A stretch of DNA of 46,760 nt, from the NCBI GenBank assembly GCA_963803145.1, contig CAWDLW010000045.1:1-46760 (forward strand), written 5' to 3'. Within the stretch, counting starts at the first letter, position 1. Every line of letters starts with the position of its first letter. Source of the stretch: Methanotrichaceae archaeon (GTDB lineage Archaea; Halobacteriota; Methanosarcinia; Methanotrichales; Methanotrichaceae). The position numbers and the translations under genes were made by a program. The notes beneath the pieces were generated by a model. The model was not told the origin of the DNA. It searched no databases and saw only the letters and a list, made by a program, of their open reading frames with translations. Shown here in pieces: positions 19,102 through 29,541 of the stretch.

Positions 19102-19884
19102 TCACAGCAGTTGGAAGTCTTTGGTTAAAAAAGCAATAACTGCAACAAAGACCATATATCCCATCACGGCAAAGATCGCTCTCGGCTCCGCCTTATTAAC
19201 ATATTCTGTAAGACTGAGCTTGCCATCGTAACACCTGGCATCCATGGCCACGATTAGCCTCTCGCCCTGCTCCCATGCCCTCAAAAATAGAACGCTCGAA
19301 AGCATGGCGTGGGAGTTCAGAGTGTTTTTAACTCCTGCATCTCCTAATCGCATCACCTGGGCATTGTGGATCACAGCGGCTTGGTCTATAAAGACGAAAA
19401 TGTACCTGTACATCAGCATGGAAAGATCGACCAGGAAGTCCGGCAGACCCAGGGACTTCAGCACTGAGAAGATCTCTATCATGGGTGTGGTCAGGGCTAT
19501 GAAGAATAAGGAGCACATGCCCCCAAAGGTCCTGGCGATCAAGAGCAGAGCCAGGTTGGCTCCGTCTTCTCTGATGCCCAAGCTGATGCCAAAGATATTA
19601 AAGGCAAATAATTGATCGCCTCCGCCATGCATGAAGGCCACAACAGCTGCGCTCAGCAGAGCGAAGGATAAGGGTATTAGCAGCAGTGTGGAGTAAAAGC
19701 GCACTGGAATTTTTGCTAATCTAACAGTTATGAAACTCATGGTAACGGCTATGAATAGAGGCGCTATCGGCGTGACTGAGGAGATGCAAAGGAGCATGGC
19801 TCCGAGGCCGAGCAGCAGCTTTAGCCTCGGACTCGTGTTTCTCAGAGCGTTGGAATGAGCGTAGTCATCTAGCAGGTCGTGCAT
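19102..19884 (-). CDS. cbiQ: Cobalt ECF transporter T component CbiQ
   Basis: LTTPM, MYRYIFV, AQVMRLG, AMDARCY; operon position. Confidence 0.9.
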   Translation of the reverse strand: MHDLLDDYAHSNALRNTSPRLKLLLGLGAMLLCISSVTPIAPLFIAVTMSFITVRLAKIPVRFYSTLLLIPLSFALLSAAVVAFMHGGGDQLFAFNIFGISLGIREDGANLALLLIARTFGGMCSLFFIALTTPMIEIFSVLKSLGLPDFLVDLSMLMYRYIFVFIDQAAVIHNAQVMRLGDAGVKNTLNSHAMLSSVLFLRAWEQGERLIVAMDARCYDGKLSLTEYVNKAEPRAIFAVMGYMVFVAVIAFLTKDFQLL

Positions 19885-20203
19885 CCAAATTTCCTTCTTG
19901 TCTTTCCTCGGGAGGTGTCGCAGCTTTAGCTTTCGACATGCACCGGTAGTAACCCAGGAAATAGCCGATGATGATTGCGCCGAAGGCAGCCTGCAAGGCG
20001 AAAAGCAAGCTCTCTATCTCAGGGCTGGGCGGCGTCCATACACTATTGAACCAGGGGTGGTACGACCCATGGGTCAGGTCATTTATGACATTTGCTGGCT
20101 GATCATCTGCACCTCCCCACTCGTGGTTTCCGGTTGAACTGGTATATGCAAAGGCTGCGATGAATATCACGATAATCCCAAGAGTTATGTACTCGAGCTT
20201 CAT
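19865..20203 (-). CDS. cbiN: Cobalt transport protein CbiN
   Basis: WGGADD, YHPWF, EIESLLFALQAAFGAIIIGYFLG. Confidence 0.92.
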   Translation of the reverse strand: MKLEYITLGIIVIFIAAFAYTSSTGNHEWGGADDQPANVINDLTHGSYHPWFNSVWTPPSPEIESLLFALQAAFGAIIIGYFLGYYRCMSKAKAATPPEERQEGNLDARPAR

Positions 20204-20895
20204 GTGGAAGCCTCCTGTAGCTTTTTAATAATGCTTGGAGATGCCACGTTGAGCTTTAACAGGACGTCACCCCTGAGCTGGACGATGTACTTGAACATGA
20301 GCGCACTTACAGCTCCTTCAACAATGGCCAGTGGGACCTGTGTTATGGCAAAGACGCCCAGGAATGCCTCGAAAGATGCCAGCACTCCTCCAGATGAGGC
20401 TGGGAAGGCCAGCGCAAGCTCGATGGATGTAACGATATATGTGAACCAATCTGCGAATAACGCCGCTAGAAATACAGCGAGGTACATATTCACATTTTGT
20501 TTCATGCACGCTTTATAAACCAGATAGCCCACGATTGGTCCGACTATGCCCATGGAGAATGTGTTTGCTCCCAATGTAGTTAGGCCACCATGCGCGAGGA
20601 ATAGTGCCTGAAAAATCAGGACTATGATTGATAGAACTGAAGTAATCCACGGCCCGAAGAGTATCGCACCGATGCCGGTACCCGTAGGATGGGAGCAGCT
20701 TCCTGTGACTGAGGGCATCTTCAGGGAGGATAGGACGAAAATGAAGGCGCCGGAGACGGCAAGCAAAGGCAAAAGGTCACGATTCTCTTTGATCATTAAG
20801 TTCATTTTGTAAGCTCCATAAGCAACTACTGGCAGCGCGAGTATGTACCAAAACACGCACCAGTACAAAGGCAAGAAACCCTCCATTATGTGCAT
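20200..20895 (-). CDS. cbiM: Cobalt ECF transporter S component CbiM
   Basis: MHIMEGFLP N-terminus (Co-type), GSCSHPTG, LAHGGLTTLGAN. Confidence 0.95.
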   Translation of the reverse strand: MHIMEGFLPLYWCVFWYILALPVVAYGAYKMNLMIKENRDLLPLLAVSGAFIFVLSSLKMPSVTGSCSHPTGTGIGAILFGPWITSVLSIIVLIFQALFLAHGGLTTLGANTFSMGIVGPIVGYLVYKACMKQNVNMYLAVFLAALFADWFTYIVTSIELALAFPASSGGVLASFEAFLGVFAITQVPLAIVEGAVSALMFKYIVQLRGDVLLKLNVASPSIIKKLQEAST

Positions 20896-21081
20896 ATTAA
20901 CACCAAATGAGAGAAGGAAGGATGTTATATAAAGTTTACTTGCGTAAAGTCCAATATAGTTTAATTACTTTCTTATCTTGCTTGATACAAATGGATTTCA
21001 GTTATCTCGGCAACAGACATATCTTGAAAATCCTGAATTTGCTGAGCCGGTGATCTAACCCCTGACCCCCCGTAATTTGCG

Positions 21082-21816
21082 TTACACACTAATCCTTTTT
21101 AGAACAACCATACATCCCAAGGAGAATGCTATTAAGAAACAGATGATGGCAAATAAAGATCCCAAAGGAACGGGTTGATCCAATGCAGCGGCTCTTAAGC
21201 AGATGCTTGAGTGAGTTAAAGGGAGTATATAAAGGGCCAACTTTAAAACAGTCGGAATCTGGCTCAGGGAAAAGAAGGTGCCTCCGAGGAAAGTCATTGG
21301 CAACAGTATCACGCTGCTGAAGGTAGCCAAATCCTGGTGGGACTTGGCAAGAAGAGCGGCCAAAACTCCCAGGAAAGAAAAGACCAGACACGTTAGTAAT
21401 AGTATTAATAGGAACATAATTCCTACATGGAATTTAGGGGCTATGATGAGGGCAGTCAAAATGAATGCTAAGGAGCTTACTAGACCGCGCATCACACCTA
21501 TCAGTGCCTTTCCGAGCAGTAGAGAAGGCAGGCCAATGGGTGCCATAAGGCATTCGTCGAAACTTCTGAAGTAGAGCCTATCGACGTTTAGGCGAGTTCC
21601 TGCGCCATTGAAACTCGTATTCATAGCAGTTAGGGCTATGATGCCTGGTATCACGAACTCCAGATAGCTCGTTCCATTGACGCTCATTCCTCTGCCCAGC
21701 CCCCAGCCAAATGCTACAAGGTAGAGGATTGGGCTGATTAGCGTAGTGATGAGATACCTGCCCGGCCTGCGCTTCAACACCATCAGATCTGACCAGATGA
21801 TCGTATAGGCGTCTAT
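21082..21816 (-). CDS. ABC-2 type exporter permease
   Basis: YLEFVIPGIIA, LPMTFLGGTFF, LPLTH. Start uncertain: the expected position carries ATA. Confidence 0.8.
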   Translation of the reverse strand: MDAYTIIWSDLMVLKRRPGRYLITTLISPILYLVAFGWGLGRGMSVNGTSYLEFVIPGIIALTAMNTSFNGAGTRLNVDRLYFRSFDECLMAPIGLPSLLLGKALIGVMRGLVSSLAFILTALIIAPKFHVGIMFLLILLLTCLVFSFLGVLAALLAKSHQDLATFSSVILLPMTFLGGTFFSLSQIPTVLKLALYILPLTHSSICLRAAALDQPVPLGSLFAIICFLIAFSLGCMVVLKRISV

Positions 21817-21817
21817 G

Positions 21818-22669
21818 CTACCCTTCCAGAACCTTCTGACCTGTGATCTCAACAAATACGTCCTCCAGGTTGGACTCTCGCATAACGATTTTTTCTCGAT
21901 TGGGCAATCTTTGAACATATTCAGCAGCTTCCTTCTTAGCTGGGAAATACTTGTATTGTGTGCTGTTGCCGTTTCCACAGGTCTCGACAGTGACTAGGCC
22001 CAGCTTTTGACGCAGCTCAAGAGGTGTACCAAGAGCTATCAGCTTGCCGTGATGAATTATTCCTACCCGATTGCATAAAGCCTCAGCCTCCTCGATATAG
22101 TGTGTTGTCAGAAACACAGTTGAGCCGTCGGAGTTCATCCTCCTAATAAGATCCCATACCTTTCTTCTGGTTTGAGCATCCAAGCCGACAGTTGGCTCAT
22201 CAAGTATGAGTAGCCTGGGTCGATGTATCAGTGCACGTGCGATCATGGTTCGCCTCTTCAGGCCGCCAGATAGATCATCTATGAGCTTATTCGCGTGTTC
22301 ACTCAACTCGACATATTCCAGCAGTTCTTCTATGCGTTTTTCTCGTTCATCCTGGGAAATATGATGAAGTCTAGCATGCAGCTCAAGGTTTTCCCTTACC
22401 GATAAGTCCTTGTTAAGGCTCATATGCTGCTGAACTATCCCGAACTCTGCCTTGGCCTTTACAGGCTCCTGGACAATGTCGAAGCCATTTATGAAGGCAC
22501 GTCCCGATGTAGGCTTTGTCAGAGTAGTAAGTATGCGAATTGTCGTTGTCTTTCCAGCGCCGTTAGGTCCGAGGAATCCGAAGAGTTCTCCCTTTTCCAC
22601 TTTGAGATCTAGACCGGCTATAACAGTATTTCCGTTGTAATCCTTGGTCAAATCACGTATCTCAATCAT
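21818..22669 (-). CDS. ABC exporter ATPase (DrrA-like)
   Basis: GPNGAGKTT, LSGGLKRR, DEPTVGLD, TTHYIEEAE. Confidence 0.9.
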   Translation of the reverse strand: MIEIRDLTKDYNGNTVIAGLDLKVEKGELFGFLGPNGAGKTTTIRILTTLTKPTSGRAFINGFDIVQEPVKAKAEFGIVQQHMSLNKDLSVRENLELHARLHHISQDEREKRIEELLEYVELSEHANKLIDDLSGGLKRRTMIARALIHRPRLLILDEPTVGLDAQTRRKVWDLIRRMNSDGSTVFLTTHYIEEAEALCNRVGIIHHGKLIALGTPLELRQKLGLVTVETCGNGNSTQYKYFPAKKEAAEYVQRLPNREKIVMRESNLEDVFVEITGQKVLEG

Positions 22670-24691
22670 TCAGGCGTTCCTTTCGAAAAGAAGCTGCTGC
22701 TCTTTATTCACTATGCCGTATAACGCCTCAGGATTGAGGCTGGATATGGGATAATATCGACCGCCGGTGTCATCAGCGATATTTCTACAGTAGCCTAGCC
22801 TCATATCCATGAAGGATGACTCTACAATCTCTGTATCAATTACAATTGTTTGTACGCCGGACTGTCGAGCCCTCTCTGAGATCTCCTTCAGTTCCTCCTT
22901 TATGCTTCCCCCCAAGGCTACGTTGGCTCTGCCATCAGATATGAGAACCATCATGGGCTTGACCTCCGCATCCTTCTTCATTTCGCCCTGCAAAAGCTGC
23001 AGTCCTCGGGAAAGGCCCGCGGAAAGAGGTGTCTTTCCTCCGGTGGGAAGCTCCCTTAGCTTGTTTAATGCCAGATCGACACTGGCGCAGGGAGGCAAAA
23101 TGAGTTCGGCATCCTTTCCCCGGAAGACAACCATTCCGACTTTATCCCTCTTCTGATAGGAGTCCATCAACATGGAAAGGACAGCTCCCTTGGCGCTCTC
23201 CATCCTTCTCACAGTGCCCATTGAGCCGCTGGCATCCACTACGAACAATACAACCGCAGATGTCTTTCTAATCCTCTCTTTCTCCCGGATGTCCTGTTCA
23301 TGCACTTTGATAGCATTCACTCCCGTCCGCAGATGCTGGTAAGGGGCAGCGGCTCTGATGGTGGCATCGATGGCTATGTCCTTATTCTCTGTGGGCATCC
23401 TATGGCGCAGGTACCTTCCAGTATTGCGGAGGGCTAGGGTGTTCATTCTCCGGCCGCTAGTCTTCCTCCTATGTATCCTATCTCGCTTTCGGGGCATGTT
23501 TATTTGCCTGACATCAATCGAGTCTCCTATCTCGAAAATTTTCTCCTGTGCTTGAGCAGCTTCACCCTGGCCGGTATCCTGCTGCTGATTACTCTCTTGC
23601 GGCCTCTCCTCGTTCTTCTTCTTCTGATTCTGAGGTTGCTGGTGCGGATGCTCATGTTGATGCTGGGGCATGGACTTCTCCAGGCGCTCCTTGTTCAATG
23701 TAGGCTGCTCAAAGGGCCTGCTCCTCATCCTGTGAGCTAATGCCAGCTCCATGGCTTTTCTAATGTCTTCCTGATTTACTTCCGTCCTTCCTTCGAAAGC
23801 AGCTATGGTCTTAGCCGTCCTAGTGATCACGATCTCTGCTCTATGAGTCTTAACTCCAAGATCATTGCATGTCATAGCAATAGATCTTAGGTGGGTATCA
23901 TCCATAGCGACGGATTTGAGAATCTTCCTGGCAGCAGAAATTCGTGAACGAAGCTCCTCTTGTGAAGAAGCGAACTCTCTGGCAAATCCCTCAGCATCGA
24001 TCTCGAATTTTTCCGCCATGCGGGCTATCCTCACCCTCGAATCCACATCCTCGATTCCCTGGACGCTTACCTGCAGGCCAAATCTATCCAAAAGCTGAGG
24101 TCTCAGCTCTCCTTCCTCGGGATTCATGGTTCCAACTAGTATGAATTTCGAAGGATGCGCGACCGAGACTCCCTCGCGCTCTACTGTATTGACACCCATA
24201 GCGGCTGAGTCTAGCAGGACATCTGCCACATGGTCATCCAGGAGGTTTACCTCGTCAATATAGAGTATCCCCCGGTTGGCGGCTGCTAGAATTCCCGGCT
24301 CAAGGGCTTTGATACCTTCTTTTATGGCCCTTTCCACATTAAGAGATCCAACAACTCTGTCCTCTGTAGCTCCCAGTGGAAGATCAATTACTGGTGTCCT
24401 GTGTGTTACGACATTGATCTCTCCTTTCAGGCTGCGATCGTAGCAGATATCGCACATTTCCTCCTGGTTGTAGGGATCGCAGTTAAATGGGCAGCCATCT
24501 ACTACGGGAATATCCTCCAACAGGTCGCTTAATGCCCGGACCGAAGTGGATTTAGCCGTTCCTTTCTCGCCCCTTATTAAAACTCCGCCTATTCTTGGAT
24601 TAACGGCATTGAGAATAAGTGCATACTTCATGTCATTCTGGCCTACGATTGATGTGAATGGGACTACTCTTCTCTTAAGATGGTGCAACAA
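22670..24691 (-). CDS. ChlI/ChlD-type chelatase subunit (AAA+ plus VWA), putative cobaltochelatase partner
   Basis: [44 protein letters not shown]-rich linker, VDASGSM MIDAS, GGKTPL. Confidence 0.9.
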   Translation of the reverse strand: MLHHLKRRVVPFTSIVGQNDMKYALILNAVNPRIGGVLIRGEKGTAKSTSVRALSDLLEDIPVVDGCPFNCDPYNQEEMCDICYDRSLKGEINVVTHRTPVIDLPLGATEDRVVGSLNVERAIKEGIKALEPGILAAANRGILYIDEVNLLDDHVADVLLDSAAMGVNTVEREGVSVAHPSKFILVGTMNPEEGELRPQLLDRFGLQVSVQGIEDVDSRVRIARMAEKFEIDAEGFAREFASSQEELRSRISAARKILKSVAMDDTHLRSIAMTCNDLGVKTHRAEIVITRTAKTIAAFEGRTEVNQEDIRKAMELALAHRMRSRPFEQPTLNKERLEKSMPQHQHEHPHQQPQNQKKKNEERPQESNQQQDTGQGEAAQAQEKIFEIGDSIDVRQINMPRKRDRIHRRKTSGRRMNTLALRNTGRYLRHRMPTENKDIAIDATIRAAAPYQHLRTGVNAIKVHEQDIREKERIRKTSAVVLFVVDASGSMGTVRRMESAKGAVLSMLMDSYQKRDKVGMVVFRGKDAELILPPCASVDLALNKLRELPTGGKTPLSAGLSRGLQLLQGEMKKDAEVKPMMVLISDGRANVALGGSIKEELKEISERARQSGVQTIVIDTEIVESSFMDMRLGYCRNIADDTGGRYYPISSLNPEALYGIVNKEQQLLFERNA

Positions 24692-24724
24692 TTATCACTC
24701 TCAATGCCATGATAATATTACTTA

Positions 24725-24752
24725 GTGATATAAACTTTTGTCTTATTATCAT
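24725..24752 (-). promoter_or_regulatory. NikR-type operator overlapping the TATA box of the chelatase operon
   Basis: GTGATA-N16-TATCAT on the plus strand. Confidence 0.55.
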
Positions 24753-25028
24753 TTACTCGATTAAGGAAAACTATAGTTGGTAAATAAATCAGCAAATGCA
24801 GGCAATTGCCTCATTTGCTGTTCGCTATTATGGGGGGATGATAGCTGATATTACTTTAGGCATATATATCTTTCTAATACATGCTTTTTATATACTTATT
24901 TTTAGAATTCATGTTATCTTTACATATTAATCCTACATTACCACTTATTTTTTCATACTAAGCAAGGATTAAATATTACTTAGTTGTATCACGATCGAAC
25001 ATAGCATAAGGATCGATGAGGGATCAAT

Positions 25029-26045
25029 ATGAAACGTAATGTAGGGCTTAAAAAAAAGTTATGTGCAGCAGGTCTGCTGTTGTTCATAACTATAGGATTG
25101 TCTACGGGTCTGGTCCAGAACCTAAATCCCGTGGAATATTATTACGGATCTACTGCGTTTAAGTATACGAATAATGAGCAGGAATCTGTAGAAGGGACTG
25201 GTTATGTGATGGAAAATTCCAAGGTAAACACCAACAACCTCTCCCTCCATGAGTACATGCACGGCAGTGGGACCTTTAAAGAGGCCGATGTCTTGAACTC
25301 TCAGCAAAAAACATCTGGAAGCACTGTTCTTGGTGGCGATATCTATTATATTATAGATAGCTATGGAAAGGTGAAACAATACGACTCCGGGGCCAGCAGC
25401 GTCATATCTTACACCAAACAAAACCAGATGACTCAGGCAATTATGGGCTTCTCCTATGGAACAGGATGGTATGCATCTCATCCTGTTATCTATAACTCGC
25501 TCCTGAAGGACAAAACTGATGCCAAGAGCTATCAAGAGGGAAATGAGATGGAGCACCAGATGGAGTATGCGCGTGCTTATATCGGCGATATTGCTGTGGA
25601 CCTGAACTGTACAGCCCCTACTGAGTTAGCCAGCGGGTATGGAATGACCCACATGAAGATCAATGATGATATGAATGAGGGCACTATTCATGTATCAATG
25701 CTTCAGTCCAGGCCGATTATTGACACCGCAGCAAAACCGTACAGCATCGAAACACAAGGATTGCATAACCCGTTGATTTTGGAAGATAAAAGCTGGGTAG
25801 GCAGCTTCAAAATTCAGAAGGACATGAAGCTGGAGTTCACCAAGTCGAGGTATACCTCAGCCGCGGATTGGCTGCCCTGTACCTGTGGTGGTTTCTTCGA
25901 TATTCAGGATTACGATAAACTCATGCCTACCGCAGGGGCGCTCTTCGATTCAACTGCTCGTAATGTGTCCATTTCAACCTTTAGACCTGCATGGAATGGC
26001 ACTGTGGCTCAATTCCCTGAAAGCATTTATGGAAAAAAGCCATGA
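25029..26045 (+). CDS. Secreted hypothetical protein (WLPC family)
   Basis: Signal peptide; HGSG, YNSLLKD, WVGSFKIQKDM, DWLPC motifs shared with 39492-40469. Confidence 0.7.
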   Translation: MKRNVGLKKKLCAAGLLLFITIGLSTGLVQNLNPVEYYYGSTAFKYTNNEQESVEGTGYVMENSKVNTNNLSLHEYMHGSGTFKEADVLNSQQKTSGSTVLGGDIYYIIDSYGKVKQYDSGASSVISYTKQNQMTQAIMGFSYGTGWYASHPVIYNSLLKDKTDAKSYQEGNEMEHQMEYARAYIGDIAVDLNCTAPTELASGYGMTHMKINDDMNEGTIHVSMLQSRPIIDTAAKPYSIETQGLHNPLILEDKSWVGSFKIQKDMKLEFTKSRYTSAADWLPCTCGGFFDIQDYDKLMPTAGALFDSTARNVSISTFRPAWNGTVAQFPESIYGKKP

Positions 26046-26092
26046 GCCTCGATGATTTTTTGAGCTTCATGAAATCAAATCAGGTGATTTAA

Positions 26093-27202
26093 ATGAGATA
26101 TAAATGGCTGGAAATCTCTTCAGTCTTTCTGATCCTCTGCCTTCTTCTGGTGCCAGCAGCAATCGCCTCGGACTATCCCGTGACCCTGAACGATACGGAG
26201 GGCAGAACGGTTACTTTGCAAATGCCGGTACAGAGGATTATAGTTACGAATGGAGATGCTGCCGAGGCTGTGATCATGCTCGGCGCGGGCGATAGGATAG
26301 TGGGTGTGTCGGATACTGTGAAATCAAAGGGATACTACTTCCCCACTCTCAAAAACAAGCAATCTGTGGGCACTTTTAATTCTCTCGATTATGAGATGAT
26401 AGGAGCAATCGCCAAAGGTAATGGAGATCAAATTGTTCCGGATATTATCGTGATAGGCTACATTTATCCCGGCAAATCTTATGGAATTGATGCCATTGCC
26501 AAGAAGATGTCTCCTTTTAAGAATATAACCTGTATTGGCCTAGATTTCTACCAGCCCGAAAATATGACCGTCGAAATGGAGAAGCTGGGACGGATCTTGA
26601 ACAAAGAGATGGAGGCAAAGGATTACATAAATTGGTATAATGAAAAGACCGCGAACATACAGAAGGCCGTGAGTGGAACGACTATGCCCAAGGTTTATGT
26701 GGAATGGTCTGATAAGGGAGCTGACCTCTCTGCTATGGGACCTAAATCGGGAGCTGGTGCTATGCTCAAAGCAGCCAATTGCTTTAACATTGTCAACAAG
26801 CTCACAGATCCTTATCCAGTGATCAACTGGGAGTATGTAGTCTCGCAGAAACCGGATATAATAATCAAGCGTCAAACGACTTCATCAACTGCTACCGCTA
26901 TTGGTTGGGCTGCTGCGCCCTCCCAGGATGCCGTGGGCCTGGAGAAGTCTGTCAACGCGATCCTCAACCGAGCTGCTGCAACTAGCGTGCCTGCGGTGAA
27001 GAATAATAAGGTCTACATCTTCGACTGGGACTTCATGGCCGGGCCCGACCAGATTGTAGGACTCACATATCTGGCAAAGGTTATACATCCTACGGCAAAC
27101 CTTGATCCGGAGTCGGTTTATAAGGAGTATTTGCAGCTCTTGGGGCTAAATTGGACTGAAGGAAGGATATTCGTCTATCCAGAAATAAGTAGTGACAAAT
27201 GA
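26093..27202 (+). CDS. Metal-chelate ABC substrate-binding protein (FecB/BtuF fold)
   Basis: DTEGRTVTL..PVQRIIV, RIVGVS, WEYVVSQKPDII, VPAVKNNKVY. Confidence 0.85.
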   Translation: MRYKWLEISSVFLILCLLLVPAAIASDYPVTLNDTEGRTVTLQMPVQRIIVTNGDAAEAVIMLGAGDRIVGVSDTVKSKGYYFPTLKNKQSVGTFNSLDYEMIGAIAKGNGDQIVPDIIVIGYIYPGKSYGIDAIAKKMSPFKNITCIGLDFYQPENMTVEMEKLGRILNKEMEAKDYINWYNEKTANIQKAVSGTTMPKVYVEWSDKGADLSAMGPKSGAGAMLKAANCFNIVNKLTDPYPVINWEYVVSQKPDIIIKRQTTSSTATAIGWAAAPSQDAVGLEKSVNAILNRAAATSVPAVKNNKVYIFDWDFMAGPDQIVGLTYLAKVIHPTANLDPESVYKEYLQLLGLNWTEGRIFVYPEISSDK

Positions 27203-27468
27203 TGGGGCATTGAGCTTTTTCTCGGAGAGGTTGGCAGAGCCCTTGATGATGAGAGGATAATCTCTGCTCAGGGCATTTCTTTTTTTAAGTAATAATTAAG
27301 GTATAAGTATTACTTAATACGCCAATCTCCGAATAAAGTGGGAAGAAATAGTCTGTCAAATAGCTATATATATGCCAGATAAATTCTAAAACGCTATCAT
27401 AAAAGTGCTATACATAATTTTTATGCTACCTGGCATTTCCAAGTATTGCCGAAGACTTATATGATTTA

Positions 27469-27496
27469 GTAACACATTTACCAAAGAATTTATCAA
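27469..27496 (+). promoter_or_regulatory. NikR-type operator overlapping the TATA box of the permease-ATPase-cobN operon
   Basis: GTAACA-N16-TATCAA; same geometry as, and similar spacer to, 39151-39178. Confidence 0.6.
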
Positions 27497-27664
27497 TAAA
27501 GACATCAAATCTTCAGGCCAATCAAATTTAACGTATCTTAGGAGGAACATTGGTATGAAGAAAGGTTATCCGTGCCTCAAAAACGTTTGCAAGGAAATCA
27601 GTGATCTGCTTATTCCTATTTCCAGGGATAATCCTTTAGCTTCGACATTGTGCTGGCTGGTTCA

Positions 27665-28759
27665 ATGAATTCAGATGCCAATAGAACGATCCCCAATGCA
27701 GCGCTGAGAAAGGAAAAGATCAGCGAAGAGTACAGACGGTTTGCAGGCAGAAAGATGCTCTTCTTCTTTGCCTTGATCATTGGGATAATCTTTCTGGCGG
27801 GAGTGGCGGCTACTCTGGGCTCGGCCGATATAAGTGTCAGGGATGTTTATATCGCCATTTTGGCCAAGTTCTTTCCGGGCCAGTTCGAAAGCGACTGGTT
27901 CGCCGATACCATAGTATGGGGCCTCAGGCTTCATAGGATTCTGCTGGGTATTGTGGCTGGCGCATGTCTGTCTGTGGCCGGCGCAGCCATGCAGGGCATA
28001 CTCAAGAACCCACTGGCAAGTGAGTTCACCCTGGGGGTGTCTTCAGCGGCAGCCTTCGGAGCTGCTTTAGCTATAGTCTTGGGCGCTGGATTTGTCGGCG
28101 GCGAATATCTGATCATCGGCAATGCCTTCCTGTTTACACTGCTCGCATCATTCACAGTCTACGGCCTTGCCAAATATAAAGGAATAACCTCAGAGACCAT
28201 GATCCTGGCAGGGATCGCTATCATGTACCTCTTCTCAGCAATGACCTCATTCCTGCAGTACGTGGGAAGGTCAGATCAGGTTCAAGAGGTGGTCTTCTGG
28301 ATGATGGGCAGCCTTGGCCGTTCATCATGGGATAATGTGAGCATAGTCACGATTGTACTTATCATCTGTTGTCCGTACCTGATTCTGAAGTCCTGGGACA
28401 TCAACGCCCTTGGAGCTGGAGATGAGACAGCTAAAAGTCTGGGCGTTAATGTGGAGAGGACCAGAATTATATCAATGATGCTGGCCTCTCTCCTGACTGC
28501 CAGCGTAATATGCTTCACGGGAACTATAGGCTTCATAGGTCTAGTAGGTCCCCACATAGTCAGGATGATCATCGGAAACGATTACCGTTTTCTTCTGCCT
28601 GGTTCGGCCCTGGTCGGAGCACTGCTGCTGTTGGGTGCCGATACACTTGCAAGGACGGTGCTGGCACCGGTTATACTTCCAGTGGGCATCATGACATCTT
28701 TTCTGGGCGTCCCATTCTTCATATATCTGTTCATGCGAAGGAGGAAAGAGTTTTGGTAA
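27665..28759 (+). CDS. FecCD-family ABC permease, paralog of 9480-10532
   Basis: QGILKNPLAS, GDETAKSLGV, ILPVGIMTSFLGVPFF; ORF open from 27650. Confidence 0.9.
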   Translation: MNSDANRTIPNAALRKEKISEEYRRFAGRKMLFFFALIIGIIFLAGVAATLGSADISVRDVYIAILAKFFPGQFESDWFADTIVWGLRLHRILLGIVAGACLSVAGAAMQGILKNPLASEFTLGVSSAAAFGAALAIVLGAGFVGGEYLIIGNAFLFTLLASFTVYGLAKYKGITSETMILAGIAIMYLFSAMTSFLQYVGRSDQVQEVVFWMMGSLGRSSWDNVSIVTIVLIICCPYLILKSWDINALGAGDETAKSLGVNVERTRIISMMLASLLTASVICFTGTIGFIGLVGPHIVRMIIGNDYRFLLPGSALVGALLLLGADTLARTVLAPVILPVGIMTSFLGVPFFIYLFMRRRKEFW

Positions 28760-29541
28760 ATATCACTATCGAAGGCCTTACATTTGGCTACAACGGCTCC
28801 CGGATTCTTGAGGATCTTAATCTGATTGTAGGAAATTGCGAGGTTCTTGGCCTTGTAGGGCCGAACGGTTCGGGAAAAACCACCCTGATAAAATGTATTG
28901 ACAGAATACTCAAGCCCAAAGGCAGCGTCCTCCTCGATGGCCGGGAGACGGAGAACATGAGCAGACAGGAGATAGCAAGATGCTTCGGCTATGTTCCCCA
29001 GTCCGGCGCTCCTCCCCTGGCAACTACGGTCTTTGATACTATTCTGATGGGAAGAAGGCCCCACATGGGCTGGCGAATCTCTCCTGTAGATATAGACATT
29101 GTGGCCGAGATGATAGAGCTTCTGCACCTAGACGATCTGGCAATGAGGGATTTCAGTGATCTTTCGGGAGGCCAGAAGCAGAAGGTTCTGATAGCCAGGG
29201 CTCTTTGTCAGGAGCCGAAGGTACTTCTGCTGGACGAGCCCACCTCAAACCTGGACATGAAACACCAGCTAGAGGTCATGGAGATCATCACCTCTCTAGT
29301 CAAGAAGAAGAATGTCTCAGCGGTCATGGCCATTCACGACCTCAATTTAGCCGCCAGGTTCGTGGACAAGTTGGCCATACTTAAAGGCGGCAAGATCTAC
29401 GCTGCCGGAACGCCGAAAGACCTGATAAGCACTGAGAACATCCGGGACGTCTACGGTGTCGAGGCCCTGGTAATGAACAACCTAGACCGGCCATACGTCA
29501 TTCCCCTCAGATCTCTAATCGGAGGCATGGCATGCGATTAG
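28753..29541 (+). CDS. FecE-family ABC ATPase, paralog of 10526-11305
   Basis: GPNGSGKTT, LSGGQKQ, DEPT; TTG start by analogy with the paralog. Confidence 0.9.
   Translation: MVNITIEGLTFGYNGSRILEDLNLIVGNCEVLGLVGPNGSGKTTLIKCIDRILKPKGSVLLDGRETENMSRQEIARCFGYVPQSGAPPLATTVFDTILMGRRPHMGWRISPVDIDIVAEMIELLHLDDLAMRDFSDLSGGQKQKVLIARALCQEPKVLLLDEPTSNLDMKHQLEVMEIITSLVKKKNVSAVMAIHDLNLAARFVDKLAILKGGKIYAAGTPKDLISTENIRDVYGVEALVMNNLDRPYVIPLRSLIGGMACD

Noticed and set aside
23560-23680. Programmed frameshift in the chlD-like linker, known to yield both I and D subunits in some prokaryotes
   Set aside because: The gene is one continuous frame and the Lys run is AAG AAG AAG with no poly-A slippery site.
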